Source: a bacterium (GTDB lineage: Bacteria; RBG-13-61-14; DATKZS01). From it: a DNA stretch of 64,000 nucleotides. Positions 54,589 to 64,000 of this stretch are shown one piece after another. Location: contig CAXXFL010000005.1 of NCBI GenBank assembly GCA_963674965.2, positions 608,001-672,000 of the forward strand. The letters are read 5' to 3'. Made by a program: the position numbers and the translations under genes. Below the pieces are notes generated by a model, which was given only the letters and a program-made list of their open reading frames with translations, ran no database searches and was not told the DNA's origin. Each line of letters opens with the position of its first letter. Position 1 is the stretch's first letter.

Positions 54589-57102
54589 ATGAATCGCTTA
54601 AAAGGCAATTGCCTCTATCTTGTTTTTATACTTGCCCTTTCTTTGTCCCCCGCTTCTTTTTCCCGGTCCGCCGGCCAGGCCGACGAGGGCGAGACGGTGT
54701 TAAGCCTCGAGGTGGATAAAAAGACGCGCTGCAAGGCCTATGGCCCCGACGATAAAGGCTGGGTGACGGTCAACCTGAGCGACGTTCCCGGCGAGGCCTC
54801 GAGACGGTTAAGACGCTCCGATTCCGACCTGGTGGAGGGCATGCTTCACTATTCCCCCGGCGAGGGAAAACTGAAAATCAAGATCAAGCTGTCCTCGAGC
54901 GACGCGAAGATATCCTATGCCATGCTCGACAATCCGCCAAGGGTCGTTCTGTACGCCCTCGAGCCGCCCGACCCTGACGCTCCTCTTCCCGAGCTTAAGG
55001 AGGAAGACGAAAAGATTCTTTCCTCCTTCCGCTTCGATCCGGGAACCGATGATGACGACGTGGACGAATCCCTCGACCAAGAAGGAGACGAGCCTTCCAT
55101 CGACGACCAGGGCTACGAGATTCTGACCTCTCACGCCCTGGCGGTCCAGCCCCTGCTCATCCCCCACGTTTCCGGTCCCTATGAGTTCAGCGACTCCGAG
55201 GAAGGGCGAAAGCTGGCCGAACTGGCGTCGGAGCTCGATACCGGCTCTCCCGACAAGGCGGTGGAAATTTATAACCGTCTCAATGAGGTCGAGGCCAAGG
55301 AGCTTTTCGACCGGGAATCCCTGGCCTTCATGACCGCCGAGGCCGCCGCCCGGGCGTGTCATCGTAACGGCAAATGCCGCGACGCCGCCGATATGTACGA
55401 AAGAGTGCTCAGTTGGTATCCCGAGTCCAACCTCGCGTCCTCGGGCCTGGTCAACCAGGCTATTACTTACCTCGATCTGGGCATAGCCCCCGTCGCCCAC
55501 GGCCTGGCCGCTCGGGCGGCGCAAAACGAAAAGGACAAGCCCGACCCCGACCGGGCTGTCATCTGCCGGGCGGGCACGGTTATCGGCGAGTCGCTCATGA
55601 GGATGGGCAAATTCGGGGACGCGGCCCGCGCTTTCGACTTGACTTCATCCCAGCGCTCCTGTGAGGACGACAGGGGCTGGGACATGGCCCGCATGGCCGA
55701 GGCCCTTACCAAGGCGGGAAATTACCGCGAGGCCTGGGACGCCGTCAATAACGTCGAGGAGTACTATCCCGAAATAATAGGGGAGTCCATTCACTGGGAC
55801 GTGCATAAAGGGGAGGCCGCCTTCCAACTGGGATACGTCGAGGAGGCAAATAAGGCCTTTGCCCGCTATCTCGATTCCGGAGCAGAGAAGGAAGGCCGGT
55901 CCTTTGCCCTCATGCGGCTGGGAGATTTGGCCAGGACCCTCGAGGGACAAGAACAAGCCGACGAATATTATAAAAGGTGCTACGAGGAATTCCCCGGTAC
56001 CTGCGGCGGCTGCGCCAGTCTGCTCAAGCTGGCAAGGGCACGGATTGGTGAAAAAGGCGGCAAGTCCGGCTTTAACGCCGCCATGGAATACCTTGATCAC
56101 GCCCAGCGGACCTGCCCGGGCAAAGACTATCTTCCCGACATCCTTTATCGGCGCGGAGTGGCTTATTACTCGCAAGGACAATACGAGGAAACCTTGACCG
56201 CCTTTAACGAGGCCATGGCTCATTATTCATCGGAGGACCTGGAGGGCCGCATCTTGAAGGAGGGTCCTCGCGTGGTCGGCGAGTATATCGAGCAGGTCAG
56301 GAAAGCGGGCATGCACGGCAAGGCCGTTTGGGCTTACGAGACTTTCCCGGATTTCCTGCCCGAGGACGCCATAAACGAGGTGGCCGATTCGCTGAACCGT
56401 CTGTCCGCCAACGTGGCGGCGGAGGAACTTCTCGAGGACGCCATCGAGACGGACTTCGACAACTTCGATTATGAGAGGGCCATGGTCCTGTTAGCCGAGT
56501 CGTTGCTCCAGTCCGACCGGATCGAGCGGGCCCGGCAAATATCTCAAAAATACCTTGAAATCTTTCCCGCGGGCGAAAGGGTGCATAACGCGAAATGGGT
56601 CCTGGCCAGGTGCGACGAGATGGACGGCAACTTGCAAAGCGCCATCGAGAATTACCGGTTCGTCCTAATTTCCTCCAGCGAGTACGGCCAGTGCGAGCTT
56701 TTGGTCAGCGTGGCGGCCGCCCATTTCGGAAACAAAAGCCCCCGCGAGGCTCTGGCCTATTACGACCGCGCCCTCGCCGGGACGTGCGATCCGGAGAAAG
56801 AGGACGGCCGCTACGACGACGCGCTTTACGGAAGGGCCGAGGCCTTAAGAAAGCTGGGCCGGCAGTCGGAGGCGGTCCGGGCCTATGGCAAGGCCCTGAA
56901 GAAAAACCCGGATCACCCGATGGCCCAGTTCGCCAGGCTGCACCTGGCCGACGGGTTGGCCCAAACAGGAAACGCCGATGAGGCGAATAAAAAATACCGG
57001 GAAGCGGCCTCTTCATCGGACCCCCTGGTCGCCGAGTTGGCCAAGGAAAGGAGTCGGATTTGCGAGCTCAAGCAAAAGTACGCTTGGATGGAAAAGTACT
57101 GA
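54589..57102 (+). CDS. Exported tetratricopeptide-repeat protein with an AMIN-like N-terminal segment
   Basis: Signal peptide; LDNPPRVVL (AMIN-like); many TPR helices (ALYGRAEALRKLGR..EAV.AY.KAL...P); GAGG RBS before ATG 54589. Confidence 0.8.
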   Translation: MNRLKGNCLYLVFILALSLSPASFSRSAGQADEGETVLSLEVDKKTRCKAYGPDDKGWVTVNLSDVPGEASRRLRRSDSDLVEGMLHYSPGEGKLKIKIKLSSSDAKISYAMLDNPPRVVLYALEPPDPDAPLPELKEEDEKILSSFRFDPGTDDDDVDESLDQEGDEPSIDDQGYEILTSHALAVQPLLIPHVSGPYEFSDSEEGRKLAELASELDTGSPDKAVEIYNRLNEVEAKELFDRESLAFMTAEAAARACHRNGKCRDAADMYERVLSWYPESNLASSGLVNQAITYLDLGIAPVAHGLAARAAQNEKDKPDPDRAVICRAGTVIGESLMRMGKFGDAARAFDLTSSQRSCEDDRGWDMARMAEALTKAGNYREAWDAVNNVEEYYPEIIGESIHWDVHKGEAAFQLGYVEEANKAFARYLDSGAEKEGRSFALMRLGDLARTLEGQEQADEYYKRCYEEFPGTCGGCASLLKLARARIGEKGGKSGFNAAMEYLDHAQRTCPGKDYLPDILYRRGVAYYSQGQYEETLTAFNEAMAHYSSEDLEGRILKEGPRVVGEYIEQVRKAGMHGKAVWAYETFPDFLPEDAINEVADSLNRLSANVAAEELLEDAIETDFDNFDYERAMVLLAESLLQSDRIERARQISQKYLEIFPAGERVHNAKWVLARCDEMDGNLQSAIENYRFVLISSSEYGQCELLVSVAAAHFGNKSPREALAYYDRALAGTCDPEKEDGRYDDALYGRAEALRKLGRQSEAVRAYGKALKKNPDHPMAQFARLHLADGLAQTGNADEANKKYREAASSSDPLVAELAKERSRICELKQKYAWMEKY

Positions 57103-57104
57103 TA

Positions 57105-58358
57105 ATGAAAAATTCATCCAGCGAGCCGAGCGCCCCGGCGGACCTTGAAACCAAGGCCGCCCGGGCCCTGGCCCAAGGTCCGGGTCTCGAAAAACTGGCC
57201 GAGCTGATCGACAACTTCAACCGGACGGGCAAGGAACTCGAGACAAGGTACGCCAAGCTGGAGGAAAAGCTCCGGCGCATGGAGGGAGAGCTTCAGGAAA
57301 AAAACCGGCAGATCGCGAGCATCGATGAGGAAAGGCGATCGACTCTCAGCTTCTTGAACCATCTTCTCGATACCATGCCCACCGGGCTTCTCGTCATGGG
57401 AAGGGACGGAAAGATCGAAAGCTTCAACCAGGCCGCGGCCAGGATGCTGGGGCCGGACATGGCCAAGGGCAACGGCGCCGTGGAAGCGGCGGCCCAATTG
57501 ATTAAAAAAAGGGTGTTCGAAAGCGCGGGCCCGGCGGAAGCCGGCGTTAAAGAGATAACCTATCGAAGGGACTCGGCGCCCACCCGAAGACTCTCCTTTT
57601 CATGGTCCACCCTTAATCGGAGCGGCTTGGGAAATAAAGGCGCCCTCATACTGGTGACCGACGTGACCGAGGCCAGGAAACTCCAGGAAAAAATCGAGCG
57701 CGATAGAAGACTGGCCGCCATCGGCGAGATGTCGGCTCGGATAGCCCATGAAATCAGGAACCCGCTGGGGAGCCTCACCTTGTTTCTATCCATTATCGAG
57801 GCCGAATGTAAGGACATGGAAAGGTGCCAAAAGCCGTTGAAATATCTTGCCTCCTCCGTGGAAAACATGGACCGGCTCATTACGGAACTCCTTGACTTTT
57901 CCAAACCCATGGAGCCGGAAATCGAGACGGTCAAACTGGTAGAGGCGGTAAGCGACTGCCTGGCCATGGTGGCAAGGGCTGCGGAGATAAAGAACGTGAA
58001 AATCGAGGCCACATCGGATGAAAATCTCGAGGTCAAGGCTGATTCAATACTGCTTAAGAGGGCGTTATTGAATTTAATTTTAAACGCTCTCGATATCGTG
58101 GGCAAAGATGGAAAAATTAAAATTCTGGCAAGGAAAACCGGGTTCGACAAAGTGGCGATCTCGGTGATCGACAATGGACCGGGCATGAGCGCCGAGGTGA
58201 AAAAAGACATCTTCGAGCCTTTTTACACTACCAGGCAGCAGGGAACGGGCCTGGGCCTGTCCATTGTAAGGCGCATTGCCGAGGCCCACGAGGGATCGGT
58301 CAGGGTCCATAGCCTGCCCGGGGCGGGCGCGGCTTTCAGCCTGATCATTCCCCGCTGA
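57105..58358 (+). CDS. Soluble PAS-containing sensor histidine kinase (FleS/FlrB-like)
   Basis: Coiled coil, PAS (MPTGLLV...FNQAA), GEMSARIAHEIRNPL, NLILNAL, DNGPGM, FEPFYTT..GTGLGL; no TM helix seen. Confidence 0.92.
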   Translation: MKNSSSEPSAPADLETKAARALAQGPGLEKLAELIDNFNRTGKELETRYAKLEEKLRRMEGELQEKNRQIASIDEERRSTLSFLNHLLDTMPTGLLVMGRDGKIESFNQAAARMLGPDMAKGNGAVEAAAQLIKKRVFESAGPAEAGVKEITYRRDSAPTRRLSFSWSTLNRSGLGNKGALILVTDVTEARKLQEKIERDRRLAAIGEMSARIAHEIRNPLGSLTLFLSIIEAECKDMERCQKPLKYLASSVENMDRLITELLDFSKPMEPEIETVKLVEAVSDCLAMVARAAEIKNVKIEATSDENLEVKADSILLKRALLNLILNALDIVGKDGKIKILARKTGFDKVAISVIDNGPGMSAEVKKDIFEPFYTTRQQGTGLGLSIVRRIAEAHEGSVRVHSLPGAGAAFSLIIPR

Positions 58359-58380
58359 TTAGCCGGTCTTGGGAGGAAAG

Positions 58381-59706
58381 ATGGCTCAGGAAAAAAAGAT
58401 TATGGTAGTTGACGACGACGAGGCCATGAGGGCGGCCCTCTTTGCCGCCCTGTCCAGGCAGGGACACGAGGTCGAGATATTCGATAATGGAGAAGACGCG
58501 CTCAAGTCCCTTGGCCCCGGCTCGCGGGACCTGGTGATATCGGACGTTAAAATGGCCCCCATGGACGGCATGGAGTTCCTGGGCAAGTTGAAGAAAAAAG
58601 TCCCCGACATGCCCGTTATCATGATCACCGCCTTCGGCACCGTGGCCATGGCCGTGTCGGCCATGAAAAAGGGCGCCAGCGATTTTCTCTTAAAGCCCTT
58701 CAGCCTGGACGACCTTGACGCCTGCGTGCAAAGGGCCGTCACGAGCCGGACCCTGGAGGAAGACGCCGGGACGGAAGGCTCCAAGATCGTGACCGGGGAC
58801 CCCGCCTTTTCCGGTCTTATCAAGGTGGCCGACAGGGTGGCCGCCAGCAAGGCCACCGTCCTCATCCTGGGCGAGTCGGGCACGGGCAAAGAACTCCTGG
58901 CCAGACGGGTCCACCAAAAAAGCGGAAGGGACCCGCTCATCGCCGTCAACTGCGCGGCCATTCCCGACAACCTCCTTGAAAGCGAGCTTATGGGATTCGA
59001 AAAAGGGGCCTTCACCGGGGCCGTGAAAACCAGGATCGGAAAATTCGAGGCCGCCGGAGGTGGGACCATACTCCTCGACGAGGTGGGAGAACTATCGCCC
59101 ATGCTGCAGGCAAAACTACTTCGCTTGCTCCAGGAGAAAGTGGTGGAAAGGCTGGGCGGAGACCATACCATCCCCGTCGACGTCAGGGTGATCGCCACCA
59201 CGCACAGGAACCTGGCGACCATGGTCCAGGAGGGAGAGTTCAGAGAGGACCTTTATTACCGGCTGAACGTTATTCCCCTTACCATACCTCCCCTTCGCGA
59301 GAGGCCATCGGACCTCATGCCCCTGGCCGAGCATTTTCTCGATTTATACACTGAAAGGGAGGGTTTGCAAAAACCAAACCTTTCCGCCAAGGCAAAAGAA
59401 TTTATTGTGCAACACGACTGGCCCGGAAACGTAAGGGAAATGGAAAACAGATTGCAAAGGGCCATACTGCTTTGCCAAAACAATGAAATCTCCGAGGAAG
59501 ATATTGTTTATGGCTCCGATTTAATTATGGAAAACCATGACGACTTCGACCCGGCCCCCGGCGCCACTATTCGAGATATGGAAACAAAGCTCATTATGGC
59601 CACCCTGGAAAGCACGGGCGGCAACCAAACCCAGGCGGCCAAACACCTGGGCATCAGCAGAAGGACCCTGCACAACAAGCTGAAAATTTTGAGGATCGAG
59701 ACGTAA
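58381..59706 (+). CDS. sigma54-dependent response regulator (FleR/FlrC-like)
   Basis: REC ([17 protein letters not shown]), [28 protein letters not shown]; directly upstream of flgB. Confidence 0.93.
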   Translation: MAQEKKIMVVDDDEAMRAALFAALSRQGHEVEIFDNGEDALKSLGPGSRDLVISDVKMAPMDGMEFLGKLKKKVPDMPVIMITAFGTVAMAVSAMKKGASDFLLKPFSLDDLDACVQRAVTSRTLEEDAGTEGSKIVTGDPAFSGLIKVADRVAASKATVLILGESGTGKELLARRVHQKSGRDPLIAVNCAAIPDNLLESELMGFEKGAFTGAVKTRIGKFEAAGGGTILLDEVGELSPMLQAKLLRLLQEKVVERLGGDHTIPVDVRVIATTHRNLATMVQEGEFREDLYYRLNVIPLTIPPLRERPSDLMPLAEHFLDLYTEREGLQKPNLSAKAKEFIVQHDWPGNVREMENRLQRAILLCQNNEISEEDIVYGSDLIMENHDDFDPAPGATIRDMETKLIMATLESTGGNQTQAAKHLGISRRTLHNKLKILRIET

Positions 59707-59789
59707 GGGGAAGGATTTTCCCGTTTAAGGCAATGAAAAACGGGAAAACCAAACCGACCGAGGCGAAAAAGGAGTGAAATAACATGCAA

Positions 59790-59823
59790 TATCAGCAACT
59801 TACATTAAGGCACGATGTTTGCT
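59790..59823 (+). promoter_or_regulatory. sigma54 promoter of the flgB operon with an adjacent IHF-like site
   Basis: AGGCACGATGTTTGCT (59808-59823); TATCAGCAACTTA (59790-59802) fits WATCARNNNNTTR. Confidence 0.8.
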
Positions 59824-59848
59824 ATAAATAAAGCGGGGTGAAAAAAAG

Positions 59849-60241
59849 ATGAATATATCAAATAATTGGCTCAATCCCGGCGGCGTCAGCCTCCTGAAAA
59901 CGGCCCTCGACCTGTTCAGAGACCGACAAGCCGTCATCGCTTCCAACGTTGCCAACCTCGATACGCCAGGCTACAAGGCCAAGCGGCTCGACTTCCAGAG
60001 CAGCCTCAGGGCCGCCGTGGAAGCGGAAAGGTCGGACGGCCCCCTCCCCTCGGGCAAGCTCGAGGTCAATCCCATCCTCAGCGAGGTCGAGGGACCGGCC
60101 GGACCGGACGGGAATACCGTCTCGCTCGAGAGGGAAATGGCGCTCATGAATAAAAACGACGTGCTCTATAAATCCTCGGTCGAGTTGATCTCGAAAGAAC
60201 TCGACCTGCTGGCGGCGGCCGTTTCGGGAGACGTGAGATGA
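59849..60241 (+). CDS. flgB: Flagellar basal-body rod protein FlgB
   Basis: RQ.VIASNVAN.DTPGYKA..LDF and DGNTV.LEREMA. Confidence 0.95.
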   Translation: MNISNNWLNPGGVSLLKTALDLFRDRQAVIASNVANLDTPGYKAKRLDFQSSLRAAVEAERSDGPLPSGKLEVNPILSEVEGPAGPDGNTVSLEREMALMNKNDVLYKSSVELISKELDLLAAAVSGDVR

Positions 60242-60690
60242 ACTTCTTTACCGCGCTCGATATCAGCGCCTCCGGTCTGTCGGCCCAGCAGACCCGGCTT
60301 AACGTATCATCCTCGAACCTTGCCAACATGGAAAGCACCAGGTCTCCCGAGGGCGGTCCCTACAAAAGGCGGGAGGCCGTCTTCGCGGCGACCCCGCTCG
60401 AGGGCGGCTTCGGCGCGGCCCTTCACTCGGCCGCGGCCGACGTCGCGGTGGGCGAAAACCTGGCCGGAGTCGAGGTGGCCGAGATCAAACGGGACGACGG
60501 TCCCGGCCGCATGGTTTACGATCCGGGCCATCCCGACGCGGATGAGGACGGCTACGTGGCTTACCCGGATATCAATCCCCTCGAGGAGATGGTCAATATC
60601 ATGCTGGCGGGCAGGAGCTACGAGGCCAACTTGAACGCGGCGACGACGGCCAAGAACATGGCGCAAAAAGCGCTCGAGATCATGAGGTAA
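60238..60690 (+). CDS. flgC: Flagellar basal-body rod protein FlgC
   Basis: ISASGL.AQ..RLNV.SSNLAN, YDPGHPDAD.DGYV.YP.IN..EEM, RSYEAN. Confidence 0.96.
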   Translation: MNFFTALDISASGLSAQQTRLNVSSSNLANMESTRSPEGGPYKRREAVFAATPLEGGFGAALHSAAADVAVGENLAGVEVAEIKRDDGPGRMVYDPGHPDADEDGYVAYPDINPLEEMVNIMLAGRSYEANLNAATTAKNMAQKALEIMR

Positions 60691-60695
60691 CCGCC

Positions 60696-60992
60696 ATGGT
60701 GGACAAGGTAGGATTCGGTGCGTTAAGGCCGGTCGAGGAATTGTCCGCGGCCGAGCCCGCCGGGCGTCCGACCGTGGATTTCGAGACCCACGTGCAAGGG
60801 GCGCTCGAGGAGGTCAGCGGTCTTCAGGCCCAAGCCGACCGGGCGGTCGAGGACCTGGTGGTGGACAACGCCGGCTCGATCCATGAGGCCATGCTGGCCA
60901 TGCGCCAGGCCGAGATCGGCTTCAAGCTGATGCTCACGGTCCGCAACAAGCTGGTGGACGCCTACCAGGAAATCATCAGGATGCAGATTTAA
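60696..60992 (+). CDS. fliE: Flagellar hook-basal body protein FliE
   Basis: IHEAMLA...A...F..ML.VRNKLV.AYQEI.RMQI. Confidence 0.95.
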   Translation: MVDKVGFGALRPVEELSAAEPAGRPTVDFETHVQGALEEVSGLQAQADRAVEDLVVDNAGSIHEAMLAMRQAEIGFKLMLTVRNKLVDAYQEIIRMQI

Positions 60993-61004
60993 TCCCCGGA
61001 GTGA

Positions 61005-62549
61005 ATGATGGACTCGATAGCAAAGCTGATGGAAAAATTCGGGGTCTTCTTCAAGGAGCTTCCGATCCAGAAAAAGATCATGCTCGTCCTCGGCGTGGCC
61101 GCGGCGGCCGCGGCGGTAACGGGCGGGGCCATGTACACCGGTCGTCAGGAATTCGCCGTTCTTTTTTCCGGACTCGAGCCCCAGGACTCGGGGGCGGTGG
61201 TGACCAAGCTCAAGGAAATGCAGATACCCGTTCAGCTCGATGGCGGCGGCTCGGTCGTGATGGTGCCGGAGGAACGCCTGGCCGAGGCCCGGGTCAGTCT
61301 GGCCGAAAGGGGCCTTCCCCAAAGCGGGGTGGGCTTCGAGCTTTTCGACGACCAGAAGACGGGCATGACCAGCTTCGCCCAGCACCTTAATTTCCAGCGC
61401 GCCCTGCAGGGGGAGTTGACCCGGACCATAAACCGCATCTCGGGCATAGCCGGCTCGAGGGTCCACCTGGTCATTCCCGAGCCCTCGCCTTTCCTGAGAA
61501 ACAAGGAGGACCCCAGGGCGAGCGTTTACGTGAAGCTCAAAGCCGGAGCGGCGCTGCGCCAGGAGCAGGTGGCCGGCATCGTCCACCTGGTGACGGGCAG
61601 CGTGAACGGCATCTCGGCCGAGGACGTCACGGTCATCGACGACAAGGGCAGGGTCCTTCACGGCGGCGGCTCGGGCATGGCCGGTCTCAGCGACGGCCAG
61701 GTCGGCTACCGGCAGGGACTCGAGGCGGAATACAAGCAAAAGATCGAGAACGCCCTGGGCAGGGTGCTGGGCCCGGGCCGGGCCATCGCCCAGGTCACGG
61801 CGGACCTCGATTTCAGCCTGGTCGAGAGGACCGAGGAAATTTACGACCCTGAAAAAACGGCGGTCAGGTCCGAGAAGCGCAGCGAGGAAAAACGGACCAT
61901 GCAAAAGGGCGAGCCCGGCGGGTCGCCCGGCACTCCCAGTAACCTTCCCCCCGGCGGCGAGAGCGGGTCGCAGGGACAAAACGAGCAGGGAAGTAAAAGC
62001 TCGGAGAGCGTGACCTACGAGATAGCCAAGAAGATCGAAAGGACCACCGAGCAAGTGGGAGACGTGAAAAAGCTGGCCGTGGCCGTGGTGGTGGACGGCA
62101 AATACGAGACCGACGGAAAGGGAGCGACCACCTACTCGCCCCGCACCGACGATGAGATGGTGCTTATAACCAAGGTGGTGCAAAGCGCCATCGGGTACGA
62201 CCCGACTCGGGGCGACAAGGTCGAGGTGGTCAACATGCCCTTCCAGACCGAGGAGATTCTCGAGGCCGAGCCCGCGGCCGACAACGGCGGGCTGGTGGGA
62301 CAGATCATCAGGGCCGTCATCGTGCTGGTGGGCATTGCCCTCATCTTCTTTACCGTCGTAAGGCCGGTGATGAAGACGACGCCCCAGTACGCGACGGTCA
62401 GGCACGCCATGCCGGCCATACCCGGGCAGCCCCGTCCGGCCATGATGCCCATGCCCGGCCAGGAACTCTCGGCCGATGAGGTCAAGGCCCTGGCGGCCGG
62501 CGACATCGATCGCACGGTCCTGGCCATCAGGGAATGGCTCGAGGAATAA
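61005..62549 (+). CDS. fliF: Flagellar M-ring protein FliF
   Basis: GFELFD, QRALQGEL.RTI, RVHLVIP, ASV.VKL, SAIGYD..RGD.VEV.N..F; two TM helices. Confidence 0.96.
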   Translation: MMDSIAKLMEKFGVFFKELPIQKKIMLVLGVAAAAAAVTGGAMYTGRQEFAVLFSGLEPQDSGAVVTKLKEMQIPVQLDGGGSVVMVPEERLAEARVSLAERGLPQSGVGFELFDDQKTGMTSFAQHLNFQRALQGELTRTINRISGIAGSRVHLVIPEPSPFLRNKEDPRASVYVKLKAGAALRQEQVAGIVHLVTGSVNGISAEDVTVIDDKGRVLHGGGSGMAGLSDGQVGYRQGLEAEYKQKIENALGRVLGPGRAIAQVTADLDFSLVERTEEIYDPEKTAVRSEKRSEEKRTMQKGEPGGSPGTPSNLPPGGESGSQGQNEQGSKSSESVTYEIAKKIERTTEQVGDVKKLAVAVVVDGKYETDGKGATTYSPRTDDEMVLITKVVQSAIGYDPTRGDKVEVVNMPFQTEEILEAEPAADNGGLVGQIIRAVIVLVGIALIFFTVVRPVMKTTPQYATVRHAMPAIPGQPRPAMMPMPGQELSADEVKALAAGDIDRTVLAIREWLEE

Positions 62550-62570
62550 ACAACCAAAGGTTGGCGGCAT

Positions 62571-63569
62571 ATGGATAAAGAAGCCAAAAATCAGCTTTCC
62601 GGGCCCGAAAAGGCGGCCATCCTCTGCCTGGTTCTGGGCGAGGACGTCATGACCAAGGTCTTCGGAAAAATGGACGACAAGGAGGTCAAGGAGATAAGCA
62701 ACGCCATGAACGCCATGCGCGGGGTCCCCCTCAAGAACCTCCAAAGCGTAATGGAGGAATTCGTGGACCAGACCCTGGCCAACACCACCGCCATCCACGA
62801 TGGGTCGGCCATCACCCCCGGGTTCCTCCAGAAGTCGCTCGAGGAGGATAGGGCCTCCGGGCTCATCCGGCAGCTCGCCATAGCCCAGGGCGTGGGGGGG
62901 CTCGACTCGATTAAAAACATCCCGGCCGCCTCTCTTCTGAACGTCCTCGAGCACGAGCACCCGCAGACGATAGCCGTGGTGCTGAGCCTCCTGCCCTCCT
63001 CGAAGTCCAGCTCGATCCTGGCCAAGCTGAGGCCGGAAATGCAGGCCGACATCGTCGCCAGGATCGTCAAGCTCAACAAGATACCGCTCCGGATCATCGA
63101 GGACATCGACCGCGAGCTGGGCAAGAAAATCCAGAACGTCAAGGTGGACAAACAGGTCGAGGCCGGCGGGGTCCGGTCGGCCGCCGAGATGATAAACGAG
63201 CTTTCCCGCGACCAGGAGGAACAGGTACTGCAAGGCCTTTCCAAGATCGACCCGGAAATGACCACCGAGATCATCAAGAAGCAGTTCGTCTTCGAGGACT
63301 TAAAGAAACTCGAGGACCGGGAAATACAGACCCTGCTCAAGGACGTGGACATGCACGACCTGGCCGTTTCCATGAAGATGGCCAGCGCTCAGGTCAAGAG
63401 CCGGATCATGAAGAACATGTCCGGACGGGCCGCCGACATTTTGAAAGAAGAGATAGACCTGATGGGGAACCTGAGCGTCCAGGACGTGGAGGATTCCCAG
63501 GCGGTGATCCTGATGACCGCCAAACGCCTCGAGGAAGAAGGACGCCTGGTCCTAAGAAAGAGGAAATAA
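62571..63569 (+). CDS. fliG: Flagellar motor switch protein FliG
   Basis: LSG.EKAAIL...LGE, EHPQTIAVVLS, GGV..AAE.IN, F.FEDL, NMS.RAA..L.EE. Confidence 0.96.
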   Translation: MDKEAKNQLSGPEKAAILCLVLGEDVMTKVFGKMDDKEVKEISNAMNAMRGVPLKNLQSVMEEFVDQTLANTTAIHDGSAITPGFLQKSLEEDRASGLIRQLAIAQGVGGLDSIKNIPAASLLNVLEHEHPQTIAVVLSLLPSSKSSSILAKLRPEMQADIVARIVKLNKIPLRIIEDIDRELGKKIQNVKVDKQVEAGGVRSAAEMINELSRDQEEQVLQGLSKIDPEMTTEIIKKQFVFEDLKKLEDREIQTLLKDVDMHDLAVSMKMASAQVKSRIMKNMSGRAADILKEEIDLMGNLSVQDVEDSQAVILMTAKRLEEEGRLVLRKRK

Positions 63570-63570
63570 A

Positions 63571-64000
63571 ATGAACCTGACGGAAAAAAAGTTCGCCGCG
63601 GAAGAAGCCTCCCCCTACAGCTTCGTTGACCTCACCTTGTCAAGCATGGCCGCCTCTAAGAAAAACTTCGCCAAGGCCGCCGTCGCCCCCGCCGAGAGGT
63701 TCCAGCCGGTTATCGTGGGCGGACCAAGGGCCGCCGAGAGCGAGATGGAGGCGGAGAAAAAGAAGATTCGGGACAAAACCGAGGAACTGGACAGGGCCTC
63801 GAGCGCCCTTAAAGCCGCGGCCCTCGAGTGGGAAAAGATACGGGAGTCCCTCTCCAGCCGGGTGGCGGACAAGGTGCTCGATCTTTCCATGGCCGTGGCC
63901 GAGAAGATCGTGGAGGGCAAGGTCGCGGCCGATCCCAACTTCATCAAGGAATCCGTCAAAAAGGCCCTGGCCTCGGTATGGCAAAACGGTCCCGTCAAAA
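63571..64000 (+). CDS. fliH: Flagellar assembly protein FliH, truncated at window edge
   Basis: Manual translation MNLTEKKF...VADKVLDLSMAVAEKIVEGKVAADPNFIKESVKKAL; position directly after fliG. Confidence 0.8.
   Translation, partial: MNLTEKKFAAEEASPYSFVDLTLSSMAASKKNFAKAAVAPAERFQPVIVGGPRAAESEMEAEKKKIRDKTEELDRASSALKAAALEWEKIRESLSSRVADKVLDLSMAVAEKIVEGKVAADPNFIKESVKKALASVWQNGPVK

Noticed and set aside
60723-63233. 836-aa minus-strand ORF across fliE-fliF-fliG
   Set aside because: Antisense shadow with no recognisable domain; long stop-free reverse frames are expected at this GC content.

Overview
GC-rich, gene-dense bacterial chromosome segment. Gene content (sigma54-controlled flagellar genes, HDOD/CheX/CheD chemotaxis cluster, FadN-like enzyme, stand-alone FMN glutamate synthase) is compatible with a deltaproteobacterial-type organism, but taxonomy cannot be fixed from the sequence. 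1-18 kb is accessory/metabolic: MarR plus a truncated FadN-like dehydrogenase, an AT-rich stand-alone HsdR-N-type nuclease, a DUF2333-like protein, three tandem AIM24/TIGR00266 genes, a DUF4236/TerB-like/PH-like protein, two CAT/E2-fold-like paralogues (one lacking the putative catalytic His), crcB-DUF190-TauE, GH2, a flavoprotein, GH4 and an AT-rich island with two secreted Cys-rich paralogues. 18-41 kb holds tamAB, a lipoprotein, glutamate synthase behind a dense GGCAA/TTGCC operator array, hflKC, ileS-leuD-leuB behind a candidate Leu-rich leader-peptide attenuator, an unknown-domain/Omp85 fusion and a degenerate metallophosphoesterase. 41-64 kb is a chemotaxis cluster (CheA with two Hpt domains and an MshEN-like motif), a sigma54 regulatory cascade and flgBC-fliEFGH (truncated). 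No rRNA, tRNA, CRISPR array, integrase or transposase was recognised. All family calls come from motif recognition by eye; no database search was run.
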